Counted from the whole stretch's first letter, positions 50,434 to 60,501 are shown. The stretch: DNA of 62,744 bases, filler included, from 5 parts of 5 records of this genome joined end to end with filler, not necessarily neighbours in it, one strand, 5' to 3'. Notes: generated by a model from the letters alone, not told the origin. Made by a program: numbers and translations.

Positions 50434-50997
50434 CTAGCAGTTATTCAAAGCTCTTTGCTCTGGAGTGAGTTCGGATATGGCTTTGAACACTGTTTTGCCA
50501 TTTTCTACTACTCGATAATAAGGGAAATTGACCATTTTGACTTGTCTTCTCTCAGGAGCACCCATATTCAGGAATATAACTTGGAGCTCATTGTACATTA
50601 GAAACAACGTATTTCGCTCCTCCATGGATAAAGAAGCATCATTTCTACTTTTATTACGCATCAATTCATATTGGTAAGAGACCTTTTTATAAGACTCTAC
50701 TAGTTCTGCAGGCGTAGGTGGAGGAGGTGGTGGACCCAATATACTACGCTCTTCAGCAGTTAGATCCTTTGCCTTTTTGTAATAAACTTCGCCTTTGGAT
50801 GTCAATTTAAGGTAAGGAACATAAGGTAACACTGTGTGCCTGACCTTTGGCTTATCATGGAATGCAACCTGGAAGTACATACTTCCAAGTTCAGAATACA
50901 TTTTGGTTAACTTCTCTTGCTCAGCTTTGCTTCTCTCTACAAAATGCGGAGCTTGCTTTCGAAGTTTTTCGTAGGCTGCATAAGCATCTATGTATTC
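50434..50997 (-). CDS. C-terminal fragment of a protein with a duplicated ~75-aa unit and poly-Pro linker (possibly M56/BlaR1-type)
   Basis: Frame stays open to the contig edge (EYIDAYAAYEKLRK...); PPPPPPTP; family not visible in the fragment. Confidence 0.5.
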   Translation of the reverse strand, partial: EYIDAYAAYEKLRKQAPHFVERSKAEQEKLTKMYSELGSMYFQVAFHDKPKVRHTVLPYVPYLKLTSKGEVYYKKAKDLTAEERSILGPPPPPPTPAELVESYKKVSYQYELMRNKSRNDASLSMEERNTLFLMYNELQVIFLNMGAPERRQVKMVNFPYYRVVENGKTVFKAISELTPEQRALNNC

Positions 50998-50999
50998 TT

Positions 51000-51099
51000 N
51001 NNNNNNNNNNNNNNNNNNNNNNNNNNNNNNNNNNNNNNNNNNNTTAATTAATTAANNNNNNNNNNNNNNNNNNNNNNNNNNNNNNNNNNNNNNNNNNNN
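51000..51099. other. Contig-join spacer
   Basis: N run with TTAATTAATTAA. Confidence 0.97.
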
Positions 51100-52452
51100 G
51101 TGTATCACCACCTCATCCGTCTTCTTGTGTCGCGTTTCAAGCGTGAATTGGGTTACAGCGGACCTTCGAAACAACACCAGTTTATTTTGTTTCAATCTTT
51201 TGTCAGGCCTGAAGGATTCAGCGTACAGGCGGTGCAGGGGTTTCAGTCAGCCATGGCCCGGCATTGCGAGTTGCGGCTGTGGAAAAACCTGCAGGAAATA
51301 CCTGTTGGCAACGTGGCAAGTCCGGCAAGCTGGGTGGTTGAGTTGATTCAAGGCGAACCGCTGGCATGCCTGAATGACCAACTGATTGAAGAACTGGATT
51401 GCATGGTGCTCATGATTTGCGCCAGTACCTTGAATGACGCACAAAGTTGCGAGATTGTGAAGGCCCAACTGCAATCGGCTGACACGGATTTGCCGGTGTG
51501 GCTGGTGCTGGTGCACGAGGCATCCTGGGTGGAACAGTCTGTTGCACAACGCATTCGCGAAACGTTTGGCACCGGTTTCAAGTTGCTGCACATTCGGCGT
51601 GGGCACCATGCTGACAATGCGCGGGTGGTTCGTCATATTCTGGGCTTAACGCTGGGTTTGGTGTTGGGTGGTGGCGGTGCGCGCGGCTTTGCCCATGCTG
51701 GCTTTTATCAAGCCCTTGAGGAAGCGGGCGTGGTGATTGATTCCGTGGGGGGAACCTCCATGGGAGCCCTGGTTGGGGCATTGATCGCTTCTGGCCGCAC
51801 AGCAGACGAGGTCCGCAAGGCCTTGGCCATCAGTTTCAAGAAAGGCCTGCCATTCAAGCTAAGCGATTACTGGATTCCAAAACACGGTTTTGTCAAAAGC
51901 AAGGCTGTTGACGACATGTATCGCCAAGCCTTTGGCGAGATGTTGATCGAAGACCAACCCATTCCGTTTTTCGCAATCAGTTGCAACCTGACCACAGGCA
52001 ATCAGTTTCTATTCGAACAAGGCCCAATGTGGAAAGCTGTACGCGCCAGCACTTCAATCCCGGTATTTTTTGAGCCATTTATGGCGGGTCGGCATGTGAT
52101 GGTGGACGGCGCTTTGGTAAACAACGTACCCGTGGATTGCATGCGCGCCCGGGGCGCGAGGAAGGTTTTGACAGTTGATGTGGGGCTGGAGGAGGACATT
52201 ACCGCCCACATGGTTGATGAAAGTATTGTTCAAATGCCCAGTATGATGAAGTCACTGATGCGGGTTATTGAACTTGGCGGGATTGAGAAATCCAGGCAAG
52301 CCAGGGTGATCAGTGACTTGTACGTGCAACCACCCATAGAAAACATTGGTTTAATGGAATTTGAACGCCGGGAAGAGATTGTGGCCTTGGGCTATGAGGC
52401 TGGGCGAAAGGCAATTCCGGATATACTGGGTTTGCTCCATAAAACTACATAA
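51100..52452 (+). CDS. Patatin-like phospholipase (NTE/RssA type), 5'-truncated
   Basis: GGGGARG, GTSMG, VDGA; begins at the contig edge. Confidence 0.88.
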   Translation: MYHHLIRLLVSRFKRELGYSGPSKQHQFILFQSFVRPEGFSVQAVQGFQSAMARHCELRLWKNLQEIPVGNVASPASWVVELIQGEPLACLNDQLIEELDCMVLMICASTLNDAQSCEIVKAQLQSADTDLPVWLVLVHEASWVEQSVAQRIRETFGTGFKLLHIRRGHHADNARVVRHILGLTLGLVLGGGGARGFAHAGFYQALEEAGVVIDSVGGTSMGALVGALIASGRTADEVRKALAISFKKGLPFKLSDYWIPKHGFVKSKAVDDMYRQAFGEMLIEDQPIPFFAISCNLTTGNQFLFEQGPMWKAVRASTSIPVFFEPFMAGRHVMVDGALVNNVPVDCMRARGARKVLTVDVGLEEDITAHMVDESIVQMPSMMKSLMRVIELGGIEKSRQARVISDLYVQPPIENIGLMEFERREEIVALGYEAGRKAIPDILGLLHKTT

Positions 52453-52482
52453 CAACGCAGTTGTCATTCTTACGAGGCTTTG

Positions 52483-53262
52483 ATGCAAAAACACTCTACT
52501 GTAGAGGTGTTGGGTTGCAGCGGCAGTATCGGTATTCCCAGACAAGGAACCACTAGTTTCCTGATTGACAGCGACATCCTGATCGACGCCGGAACGGGCC
52601 TGTGCGAACTCGATTTCACGCGCCTTGAGAAAATTGATCATGTCTTGATAACCCATTCCCACCTTGATCACATCTGTGGTTTGCCCTTTTTGATCGACAC
52701 CGTGGGCGTTGGCCGGGCCAGGCCTTTGCAGGTTTACGCGACCCTCCCCACAATTAGGGCCTTGCAACAACACATCTTCAATGAGGAAATATGGCCTGAC
52801 TTCTCAAAAATTCCTTCAGCGGAAAACCCTGTGATGGAGTATGTTGAGATAAAGCCTGAAGAAGTACTGACTTTTGGTGAGCGCCGAATTCAAACTGTTG
52901 AAGTGGATCACACCGTGCCTGCGGTGGGTGTTTTTTTGTTCACGCCCTCAGGTGGGTGGTGTTTTTCGGGTGATACCCATCGAACAGACCGACTGTTCTC
53001 GCTTATCAACCAGTCAAAAATGGTGGATTATCTGTTTATTGAAGCCGCATTTCCTGACAAGGAACAGTGGCTTGCGGACTTGGCAAAGCATTTGTGTCCA
53101 AGTTTATTGTTTGGCGAGCTTCAAAAGTTAAACGTGGTGTGTGAAGTCTGGATCAGTCATTTGAAACCCAGGGAACATGACCAGATTAAAAAAGAGTTAC
53201 AGCAGTATCCAGGAAGCCAGCCGCTGCGCGTTCTATCGGCCGGAATGATCTTCAACATCTAA
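52483..53262 (+). CDS. MBL-fold 3',5'-cyclic-nucleotide phosphodiesterase (class II-like)
   Basis: VLGCSGSI, LIDAGTG, THSHLDH, FNEEIWPDF, SGDT, HLKP. Confidence 0.8.
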   Translation: MQKHSTVEVLGCSGSIGIPRQGTTSFLIDSDILIDAGTGLCELDFTRLEKIDHVLITHSHLDHICGLPFLIDTVGVGRARPLQVYATLPTIRALQQHIFNEEIWPDFSKIPSAENPVMEYVEIKPEEVLTFGERRIQTVEVDHTVPAVGVFLFTPSGGWCFSGDTHRTDRLFSLINQSKMVDYLFIEAAFPDKEQWLADLAKHLCPSLLFGELQKLNVVCEVWISHLKPREHDQIKKELQQYPGSQPLRVLSAGMIFNI

Positions 53263-53280
53263 CGGTTGTTTTACAATTCT

Positions 53281-54924
53281 ATGAAATTCAAGCTATCCGC
53301 AGTCGCCTGTGCCGTGGTGCTGTTGGTCTTCGCGCGCCCGCAATTGGTGTTCGCTCAAAGTGTTTCTGATATTTCCAATCCAGACAGTAAGCAGATCGAG
53401 GATCCTTACAAGGAACCCAGTTTTAGCGTGTCGGGCTTTGAAGTTGTTGGCCCGGAACTGGTTCCCCGCGACCGGGTCATGTCGATACTCAGCGGTTTTT
53501 CGGGTCGGGAAATCACGTTTTCTGATTTGCGGGCTGCAACGTCTGCTGTTGAACAATTGCACGCCGAGGCCGGTTTTGAAGTGGTTCGGGTATTGATCCC
53601 TGAACAGGAAATTCAACCCGGCGAGAAGTTGAAACTACAAATTGTTGATGCCCGCCTGGATGTGGTCACCATTGCAGGCAATGATTATTTCACTGCGGAA
53701 TCCATTCAGGAAAGCCTGGTTGTGTTGGAACCGGGTGCCTTGATCAACACCGTGGACATGGACAAAAACCTGCGTTTGATCAATGACAACCCGGCAAAAA
53801 TTGTCCGGGTGCGGCTTGAGCCCAGCAACAAACCCGGTTTGGTCGATGCCAAGGTGCAGGTGTCCGACCAACCCCCGCTCGCTGCGTACCTTACACTTGA
53901 CAATTCGGGTACCAATGCCACGGGCGATTTCCGCATGGGCTTGGCCCTGCAACACAACAACGCGTTTAACAAAGGCCACATGGCCTCGTTTCAGTACGTT
54001 ACATCGCCCGGTCGCTGGTCTGATGTAGAAGTGTTCGGCTTGAATTACAAGGTGCCGTTCTACACGCTCGATTCCATGCTTGAATTGGCCTACAGCGATT
54101 CAAACGTGGATGCAGGCAATTTAAGCGTCGGTTCCAGTTCCGTCTCGGTTGCCGGTGCCGGTACCACAGCGGCCATTCGCTGGGTAAAGTTGCTTGATCG
54201 TTTGGCCGGGTTCGACGCGCGGCTTACTTTCTCCCATGAAATCAAACAGTTTGTCAGCCAGGTCCAGTTGAATGGCGCCGGGCCTAGTTTGGTGCCCGAA
54301 CTTGAAAGCAGGCCGGTGGGTGTTTCCTACAGCTTGACCGAAACCCAGGATGCCCGCCAACGGGCTTTTCAAATTGGCTATTTCAAGAACTATGTCACTG
54401 GCGGCAACAATTCAACCGCGCAATACAGCCTGACCAATCCGGAAGCTGAAGCGAACTTCGATGTGATCCGTGCCAATGCAAGCTGGTCTGAACCCGTGGG
54501 CGGCGGCTGGCGTTTGACCGCACAGCTTGACGTTCAGCACACCGATTATTCCCTGATCCCGGGTGAGCAGTTCGGTGCGGGTGGCGTTTACTCCGTGCGC
54601 GGTTTTGAAGAAAGGGTACTGTCTGCAGACAAAGGCATGCGCCAATCCCTTGAATTGTTGGGGCCAAATATTTCGAAGTTGTTCGGAAAGGTGTTTGAGC
54701 GTTTGCAATATGTTGCTTTTGTTGAGGCTGCGCAGTTGAAATTCAATAACCCGGTGTTTGGTTCGCCTGTGGAACCCCATTTGATGTCGTATGGCATTGG
54801 CGCGCGGTTTGCCTTCACGCCCAAACACCAGTTCCGTGTTGACCTGGCCAATGTGGTTTCAGGCGTACCCATTCAACCGCACGGTGATGTGATGTTGCAT
54901 TTCACCTTTCTCACCTCCCTGTAA
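53281..54924 (+). CDS. ShlB/FhaC/HecB (TpsB) outer-membrane transporter
   Basis: Signal peptide, POTRA domains, DNSG, SVRGF motif. Confidence 0.88.
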   Translation: MKFKLSAVACAVVLLVFARPQLVFAQSVSDISNPDSKQIEDPYKEPSFSVSGFEVVGPELVPRDRVMSILSGFSGREITFSDLRAATSAVEQLHAEAGFEVVRVLIPEQEIQPGEKLKLQIVDARLDVVTIAGNDYFTAESIQESLVVLEPGALINTVDMDKNLRLINDNPAKIVRVRLEPSNKPGLVDAKVQVSDQPPLAAYLTLDNSGTNATGDFRMGLALQHNNAFNKGHMASFQYVTSPGRWSDVEVFGLNYKVPFYTLDSMLELAYSDSNVDAGNLSVGSSSVSVAGAGTTAAIRWVKLLDRLAGFDARLTFSHEIKQFVSQVQLNGAGPSLVPELESRPVGVSYSLTETQDARQRAFQIGYFKNYVTGGNNSTAQYSLTNPEAEANFDVIRANASWSEPVGGGWRLTAQLDVQHTDYSLIPGEQFGAGGVYSVRGFEERVLSADKGMRQSLELLGPNISKLFGKVFERLQYVAFVEAAQLKFNNPVFGSPVEPHLMSYGIGARFAFTPKHQFRVDLANVVSGVPIQPHGDVMLHFTFLTSL

Positions 54925-54935
54925 GGAAAGGCACC

Positions 54936-55858
54936 ATGAAATCCAATCGTCTTTCAAACACACGGTCAGCCACTCAGTTTCGACGCAAGGCAGTGGCCTT
55001 CGGTGTAGCCATGGCAATTGCCAGCCCTGGTTATGCCAACCCCACTGGCATGTCAGTGGCTGCTGGGCAAGCCACCGCACAAACCATCGGCAACCTGATG
55101 CAGATCACGAACACGCCGGGTGCTATTTTGAACTGGCAACAGTTCAACATTGATGCGGGGCAAACCACACAATTCATTCAACAAAACGCTGCAAGCCAGG
55201 TATTTAACCGTGTTACTGGCGGGGAAGTGTCGCAAATTCTTGGCAACCTGCAAAGCAACGGACAAGTATTTTTAATCAACCCGGCCGGTGTGTTTTTCGG
55301 TCAAGGCGCGGTGATTGACACCGCCGGTTTTCTGGCCAGTACCCTGGCTGCTTCTGATATCGATTTGTTGAATGGGCACTTGCGCTTCAATGATGCAAAT
55401 GGCACAGCGGGCGGCATCGTGAATCAAGGCACACTGACCACGCATTCCGGTGGCTCCATTGTGTTGCTGGCCCCCAGTATCGAAAACAGCGGCATTATTC
55501 ATGCCGATGGCGAAGTGCTTTTGGCTGCCGGCCACAGTGTCACCATTGTTGACATGAAGCACCCCACGATTGGTTTGTCTGTGACCGTGAAAGACGGTGA
55601 CAAAGCAGTGAACCTGGGCCAGATCATCAGCAAAAATGCATCCCTGTTTTCGCATTTGGTGAAAAACAGCGGTGTGGTTGAAGCCACTGGCGCGCAAGTG
55701 GGGCAGGGCGGGGTAATTCGCTTCATTGCACAAGGCGATGCATTGGTCAGCGGTCAGCTGCTGGCAGAAAGCGAAAGCGGTAAAGGCGGCGAAATTGACA
55801 TCACCGGCCAACGTGTTGCTGTGCTGGATGGCGCACGCATTTCAGCGGATGGCGCGGC
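54936..55858 (+). CDS. Filamentous hemagglutinin-family TpsA, 3'-truncated
   Basis: Signal peptide; TPS domain NWQQFNI, NRVTG, NGQVFLINPAG. Confidence 0.9.
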
Positions 55859-55958
55859 NNNNNNNNNNNNNNNNNNNNNNNNNNNNNNNNNNNNNNNNNN
55901 NNTTAATTAATTAANNNNNNNNNNNNNNNNNNNNNNNNNNNNNNNNNNNNNNNNNNNN
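55859..55958. other. Contig-join spacer
   Basis: N run with TTAATTAATTAA. Confidence 0.97.
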
Positions 55959-55959
55959 G

Positions 55960-56409
55960 AATGCGACCATTGAAGCCGCCCGTGCCGGAGAGGCTGGTAA
56001 GGGCTTTGCGGTTGTTGCCAGCGAAGTGAAGAGCCTGGCGACTCAGACGAGCAAGGCAACCGAGGAAATCAGCCAGAAAATCGCGGAGATCCAGAGCGAG
56101 ACCAGTGCCGCTGCGGAGGCGGTGCTTGGTATCGGAAATACGATCAACAAGATTGACGAGCTGACTGCCGTGGTTGCCAGTGCGGTCGAGGAACAGGGGG
56201 CCGCGACCAATGAAATCGCGCAAAATATCGAACAGGCTGCTGCCGGCACGCAGACCGTTGCCCAGGTTGTCGAGACGGTGTCCTCCGCCGCCGGCGAGAC
56301 CGGGCAGCTTGCCGAGAGCCAGCAGACCGTTGTCGCCGAGTTGAGTGAGCGGAACCGCAAGCTCAAAGGCGAAATCGATCAGTTCCTGGGGAATGTCCGG
56401 GCGCTCTAG
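55960..56409 (+). CDS. Methyl-accepting chemotaxis protein, C-terminal fragment
   Basis: [27 protein letters not shown] read from the contig edge. Confidence 0.92.
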   Translation, partial: NATIEAARAGEAGKGFAVVASEVKSLATQTSKATEEISQKIAEIQSETSAAAEAVLGIGNTINKIDELTAVVASAVEEQGAATNEIAQNIEQAAAGTQTVAQVVETVSSAAGETGQLAESQQTVVAELSERNRKLKGEIDQFLGNVRAL

Positions 56410-56432
56410 ACTGAGAGCCTCATAAGTAATTG

Positions 56433-56468
56433 TGCGGGCCGGTCGTTCTGCGACCGGCCCGTTCTTTA
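56433..56468 (+). terminator. GC-rich hairpin terminator
   Basis: GCGGGCCGGTCG-ttctg-CGACCGGCCCGT followed by TCTTT. Confidence 0.65.
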
Positions 56469-56498
56469 TTCAGAGGTGATTTTCTATAGCGGAGCGGT

Positions 56499-57857
56499 TC
56501 ATTCGTCGACGGGGAGCATGATCTGCATGATCAGACCGCCCTCCGGATGGTTTTGTGCGACGGCTGAGCCGCCATGCGCCTGCACCACGCTGCGGGTAAT
56601 CGCAAGACCAATACCCTGTCCCGTCGAGGATGGGATGCGACCGCCCGGCGCTCTGTAGAAGGGCTCGAAGATGCGCCGCAGATCAGAGGAGCGGAGACTT
56701 TCGCCACGGTTCTCTATCGTCAGCGTGACGCGCTCCTCTGAAGCCGAAACCGCGATCCTGATGGTGCTGTCTTCCTGTCCGTAGATGACAGCGTTGCGGA
56801 TCACATTCTCGATTGCGCTTGCCAAGAGCATCTGACTGCCGCGTACGGCCATTGGCGCGGATGGGCTTTCAAAGGCGATAGTCTGTCCCTTTTTGCGCGC
56901 TTCGAACTGTGCGTCGTCGATCAGGGATGACAGCAGGGCCTCGATATCAACGCGTCCCTTGCGGATATCGACCGCGCTGGGATCGACTTGTGCGAGCATC
57001 AGGATACGATCGATCATGCTGGCGAGCGCATGGGCTTCCTTGTCCAGGCGCTCAAGCCATTTCTCATCGCCGGAGCTGGTCTCGGCGCGCAGCAGTTCGA
57101 TCGCCAGCTGTAGGCGGGCGAGGGGCGATTTCAGCTCGTGCGAAACGTCCCTGAACAATTGGCGCTGGTTCTGGAATTGATCCTGAATACGCTCCGCCAT
57201 GGCGTCGAAATCGGCGGCGAGTTCACCGATCTCGTCATCGCGGGAAAGCGCTTTGACGCCGACCCGTTTTGAATATTCGCCAGCGGCCACGCTTTGCGTG
57301 ACCTGGCGAAGGTCGATAATGGGACGGACCAGGGATCGGGTAAGAAACAGGGTTATGATGGCAATCAGGATGACGGCGATCAATGCGGCACTGCCGATCC
57401 GGTAGAGTATCGGAAAGTCGAAGAATGGCGTCTGCTCGTCCATTATCAGAAGCCGGTATCCGGCGAGCAGATTGACCGGAACAGGAGAGATCACCGCGGG
57501 GCCGCGGCCCGGAGGACCTTTGCGAACGGTGGTTCGGTCTTCCGGTGACATACGGGCCCAATGCTCAAGATGCGGCGGTACCGGGTGGCCATCGACGCTT
57601 ATGCCTTCAGCGTCGATGAGGAAAGTCGCCAGCTTGTGCTGATACTGGCGTTTTTGCCATTCGGTGAAAGCTGCAAGTCCTCCCTGCTTGTATGCGGTGC
57701 CGGCATCTCTTGCCAGAACTTCCCAGTTGAGGGGGGGAGGGCTGACCGCGCGTGCCACCAGCACAGTCGCGGTTACCGCGCCAACGGCAATCAAGACCTG
57801 CGCGACAAGGAGCAGCAGAAAGATGCGGCGATAAAGACGAAACGAGGGGAGCTGCAT
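56499..57857 (-). CDS. Sensor histidine kinase (CpxA-like, HAMP)
   Basis: 2 TM, HAMP DEIGELA, SHELKSPL, ENVIRNA, IFEPFYR, GQGIGL. Confidence 0.9.
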   Translation of the reverse strand: MQLPSFRLYRRIFLLLLVAQVLIAVGAVTATVLVARAVSPPPLNWEVLARDAGTAYKQGGLAAFTEWQKRQYQHKLATFLIDAEGISVDGHPVPPHLEHWARMSPEDRTTVRKGPPGRGPAVISPVPVNLLAGYRLLIMDEQTPFFDFPILYRIGSAALIAVILIAIITLFLTRSLVRPIIDLRQVTQSVAAGEYSKRVGVKALSRDDEIGELAADFDAMAERIQDQFQNQRQLFRDVSHELKSPLARLQLAIELLRAETSSGDEKWLERLDKEAHALASMIDRILMLAQVDPSAVDIRKGRVDIEALLSSLIDDAQFEARKKGQTIAFESPSAPMAVRGSQMLLASAIENVIRNAVIYGQEDSTIRIAVSASEERVTLTIENRGESLRSSDLRRIFEPFYRAPGGRIPSSTGQGIGLAITRSVVQAHGGSAVAQNHPEGGLIMQIMLPVDE

Positions 57858-57865
57858 CGGCCAGG

Positions 57866-58573
57866 TCAACCGGATACCAGAAGCTGATAGCCAACGCCCC
57901 TTACAGCTTGAATCCGGTCCCGCCATTCGGGGTGGACCGAAAGTTTCTTGCGGATATGGCTGACATGCACGTCGAGTGCCCGGTCATAGGGAGAGAGGGA
58001 GCGGCCAAGCGCGGCCTGGCTCAGGTCATCCTTCGGGATCGGGATGCCGGCATGGCGCATCAGATAGTGCAGCACGCCGAATTCAGTGCTGGTGAGGGAA
58101 ACCGGGTCACCGGCGAGTTCGGCACGTCTTTCACTGGGCGTTAATGTGAGCTCGCCAACCTGGATCGGCTTCTCTGTTTCCTGAAGCCGGTCGCCAAGAT
58201 CCGGCCGGGCCCGGCGGACAAGCGCCTTGAGGCGGGCCGCCAATTCTCTTGGGTTCGCTGTCTTTTCGACATAGTCGTCTGCCCCGACTTCCAGGCTGAC
58301 GATCCGCTCGGTCTCGTCCGTGTTCGCGGTCAGGATCAGAAGAGGTATCCAATCGCCGGACTTGCGCAAACTGGTCAGGACATCAAGGCCGTTTGGCGCC
58401 GGCATCATCAGGTCCAGGCAAACCGCGTCCGGACGGTTTTCGCCGGATAGGAGGCGTTCAAGAGCATCCTGCCCACTATGCAGCATGTCCACCTCAAATC
58501 CTTGCGAGATAAGATAGGTGCCAAGCAGTTCACAAAAATCGGGGTCGTCGTCGATTAAAAGAACTCGGGCCAT
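57866..58573 (-). CDS. OmpR-family response regulator (CpxR-like)
   Basis: LLIDDD, DLMMP, GADDY, DRALDVHVSHIRKK, VRGVGY. Confidence 0.92.
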   Translation of the reverse strand: MARVLLIDDDPDFCELLGTYLISQGFEVDMLHSGQDALERLLSGENRPDAVCLDLMMPAPNGLDVLTSLRKSGDWIPLLILTANTDETERIVSLEVGADDYVEKTANPRELAARLKALVRRARPDLGDRLQETEKPIQVGELTLTPSERRAELAGDPVSLTSTEFGVLHYLMRHAGIPIPKDDLSQAALGRSLSPYDRALDVHVSHIRKKLSVHPEWRDRIQAVRGVGYQLLVSG

Positions 58574-58670
58574 CACGGAGCACCTTGCCTGTCGTGGGTG
58601 CCGGGCGTTCCCTGCACATTCATCACAATAGGGGCTTGTTAGCAGGGCCGTGAGCCGTGGGCGAACCGAT

Positions 58671-58685
58671 TTTACATTTCTTAAC
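58671..58685 (-). promoter_or_regulatory. CpxR-box-like direct repeat
   Basis: Minus strand GTTAA-gaaat-GTAAA, close to GTAAA-N5-GTAAA; extra half-site at 58702-58706. Confidence 0.45.
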
Positions 58686-58821
58686 CTGATTCAGACCCAC
58701 ATTTACAGGCGGGTTTCTTAGTGTATGGCCGCTGAATGTTGATAAATCCATTTGCTCCTCTTTCGGGAGACGCAGGTGGAAGGCATTCGATGAATATCGT
58801 CCAGAATGGGGGTACGTCACG

Positions 58822-59310
58822 ATGACCACGATCAGCTCGGATATCTCGAGCCTGCTTCCGAAGGCGAGTGCTTTCGGGACACCGTTGACCGAAGAAGAAA
58901 AATCGACGGTCGAAGAAATCCTGTCGCAGTATGATGCCGATTCACTTACCGAGGAAGATGAGGAAACACTCAAGCAGGCGCTAAGCGATGCGGGTGTTAA
59001 GCCCTCGCGTGAGCTCGGAACGCTTCTTGAGGAATCCGGATTTGACGCTGCCATTGCGAAGCCAAGCGGTCCGCCGCGGGGTGGACCTGGCGGTCCCGGA
59101 GGTCCGGGCGGCCCTGGAGGCCCAGGTGGTCCCGGAGCCGCTGGAGAATCCGAGGATCTGATCTCCCAGGAAGGGTTGCAGACACTCACATCCATTCTCG
59201 AAGAATATGATCTGGAAAGCCTGAGTGAAGACGACGTTACGTCCATTCAGGACAAGCTGGCCGAGGCTGGTTATGCCGGGCAGGGCTCTGTCGTCAACCT
59301 GGGCGCCTGA
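58822..59310 (+). CDS. Acidic hypothetical protein with duplicated helical domain and (GGP)6 linker
   Basis: GGGGG RBS-like element, 162-aa ORF, downstream hairpin at 59319-59349. Confidence 0.75.
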   Translation: MTTISSDISSLLPKASAFGTPLTEEEKSTVEEILSQYDADSLTEEDEETLKQALSDAGVKPSRELGTLLEESGFDAAIAKPSGPPRGGPGGPGGPGGPGGPGGPGAAGESEDLISQEGLQTLTSILEEYDLESLSEDDVTSIQDKLAEAGYAGQGSVVNLGA

Positions 59311-59362
59311 CCGTTAAGGGCAAGGGCTGGCAATGGAGCCAGCCCTGCCGGACCGGCTCAAT

Positions 59363-60130
59363 TTAGCCGGCGTCGATGGCACGGGCGCGTTTCAGACTCG
59401 CATCCAGTGCGTCCGGCCATCGTGACAGGGCGCCTGTCTCCTCCAGCACCTTAAGGCCTTCCTCGCTGATGCCTCCCGGCGTCAGAAGTTCGTTGAGCAG
59501 TTCCCGGGGCTTTACGGCCTTGCCTTCGATCACGGCCGCGGCCGCCGCTTCGGTCATGTGGGCGGTGAGAGTGCGCGCGGAGATGGGGGAGAGGCCGTTC
59601 GCCTCTGCCCAGCCGGCGACTTCGTCAATGAAGGCATACATCATTGCGTAGTACGCGCCGAAAATGCTGGCGGTGTCGAATTCGGCTTCATCTTCAAAGG
59701 GAAGGGCCGGGCCGAGCCGCGCGAGAATGGCGTTTGCTTCCGGGTCGTTCGGATGAAAAGCCGTCGGACTCCGGCGGATACGGCTGGCCGCGATCGGCAT
59801 AGCCCGCACCGCAATGGCCGGGGCAACGGCGGCCTGGATAGTACTAAGGCGGATCCCCGCAGCAATGGAAACGACGCGCTGTCCGGCGCGCCAGGGCAAG
59901 CCCTTTGCTGTTTCGGCGATTTGTCCGGGGCGGGTTGACAGAAAAACCAGCTCCGACCGTTGAACGACCTCCGCATTGTCGGCTGCAACGGTGCATCCAA
60001 AGCGCCCGGAAAGCTCCGCTGTGCGTGACGTGCTTCTGGGGGAAAGGATGAGGGATGTCCCAGCCGCAGCCAGGCCCTCAGCCAGGCAGGCGCCCAGATA
60101 TCCCACTCCTATAATGCCGATATTTGTCAC
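59363..60130 (-). CDS. Pyrroline-5-carboxylate reductase family protein
   Basis: IGIIGVG Rossmann motif, RAMP, LTPGGIS; GTG start with GGAG RBS. Confidence 0.8.
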   Translation of the reverse strand: MTNIGIIGVGYLGACLAEGLAAAGTSLILSPRSTSRTAELSGRFGCTVAADNAEVVQRSELVFLSTRPGQIAETAKGLPWRAGQRVVSIAAGIRLSTIQAAVAPAIAVRAMPIAASRIRRSPTAFHPNDPEANAILARLGPALPFEDEAEFDTASIFGAYYAMMYAFIDEVAGWAEANGLSPISARTLTAHMTEAAAAAVIEGKAVKPRELLNELLTPGGISEEGLKVLEETGALSRWPDALDASLKRARAIDAG

Positions 60131-60253
60131 GGTGCGTCTCCCAGATTTTGCCGTACCAATACGCAAGTGCGCGTGCTTGGAGACAAGTGCGAATCTGGAA
60201 AGGACGCATCACTGCAATATGCTGGGGATCACTAGAGGATTGGGAAGGAGAAT

Positions 60254-60345
60254 TGGCGGAGGGGAAGAGATTCGAACTCTCGATACCGGTTTCCCAGTAT
60301 AACGGTTTAGCAAACCGCCGCCTTCAGCCACTCGGCCACCCCTCC
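60254..60345 (-). tRNA. tRNA-Ser(GCT)
   Basis: Minus strand GGAGGGGTGGCCGAGTGG...GCGGT-TTGCTAA-ACCGT, long variable arm, GTTCGAATC, encoded CCA. Confidence 0.95.
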
Positions 60346-60501
60346 GCCGGAGTGACACAGCGGGTAAACCCGCCGCACGACGTATGCAGCGCCCCTTCTA
60401 TGCGGCGGCCTGCCCACTGTCAATGAATGCCATTCATCAAACTGTATTTTTTTCCGGGGCAGGTGCGCCGCAATTTCAGGTTCCGCAAGAAAGTGAGGAT
60501 T

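Noticed and set aside
58623-59246. Minus-strand ORF with collagen-like GPP repeats
   Set aside because: Antisense shadow of the (GGP)6 gene, which has the RBS, terminator and duplicated domain.
60254-60345. tRNA-Ser as an island integration site
   Set aside because: No integrase or duplicated 3' tRNA fragment was seen in the contig.
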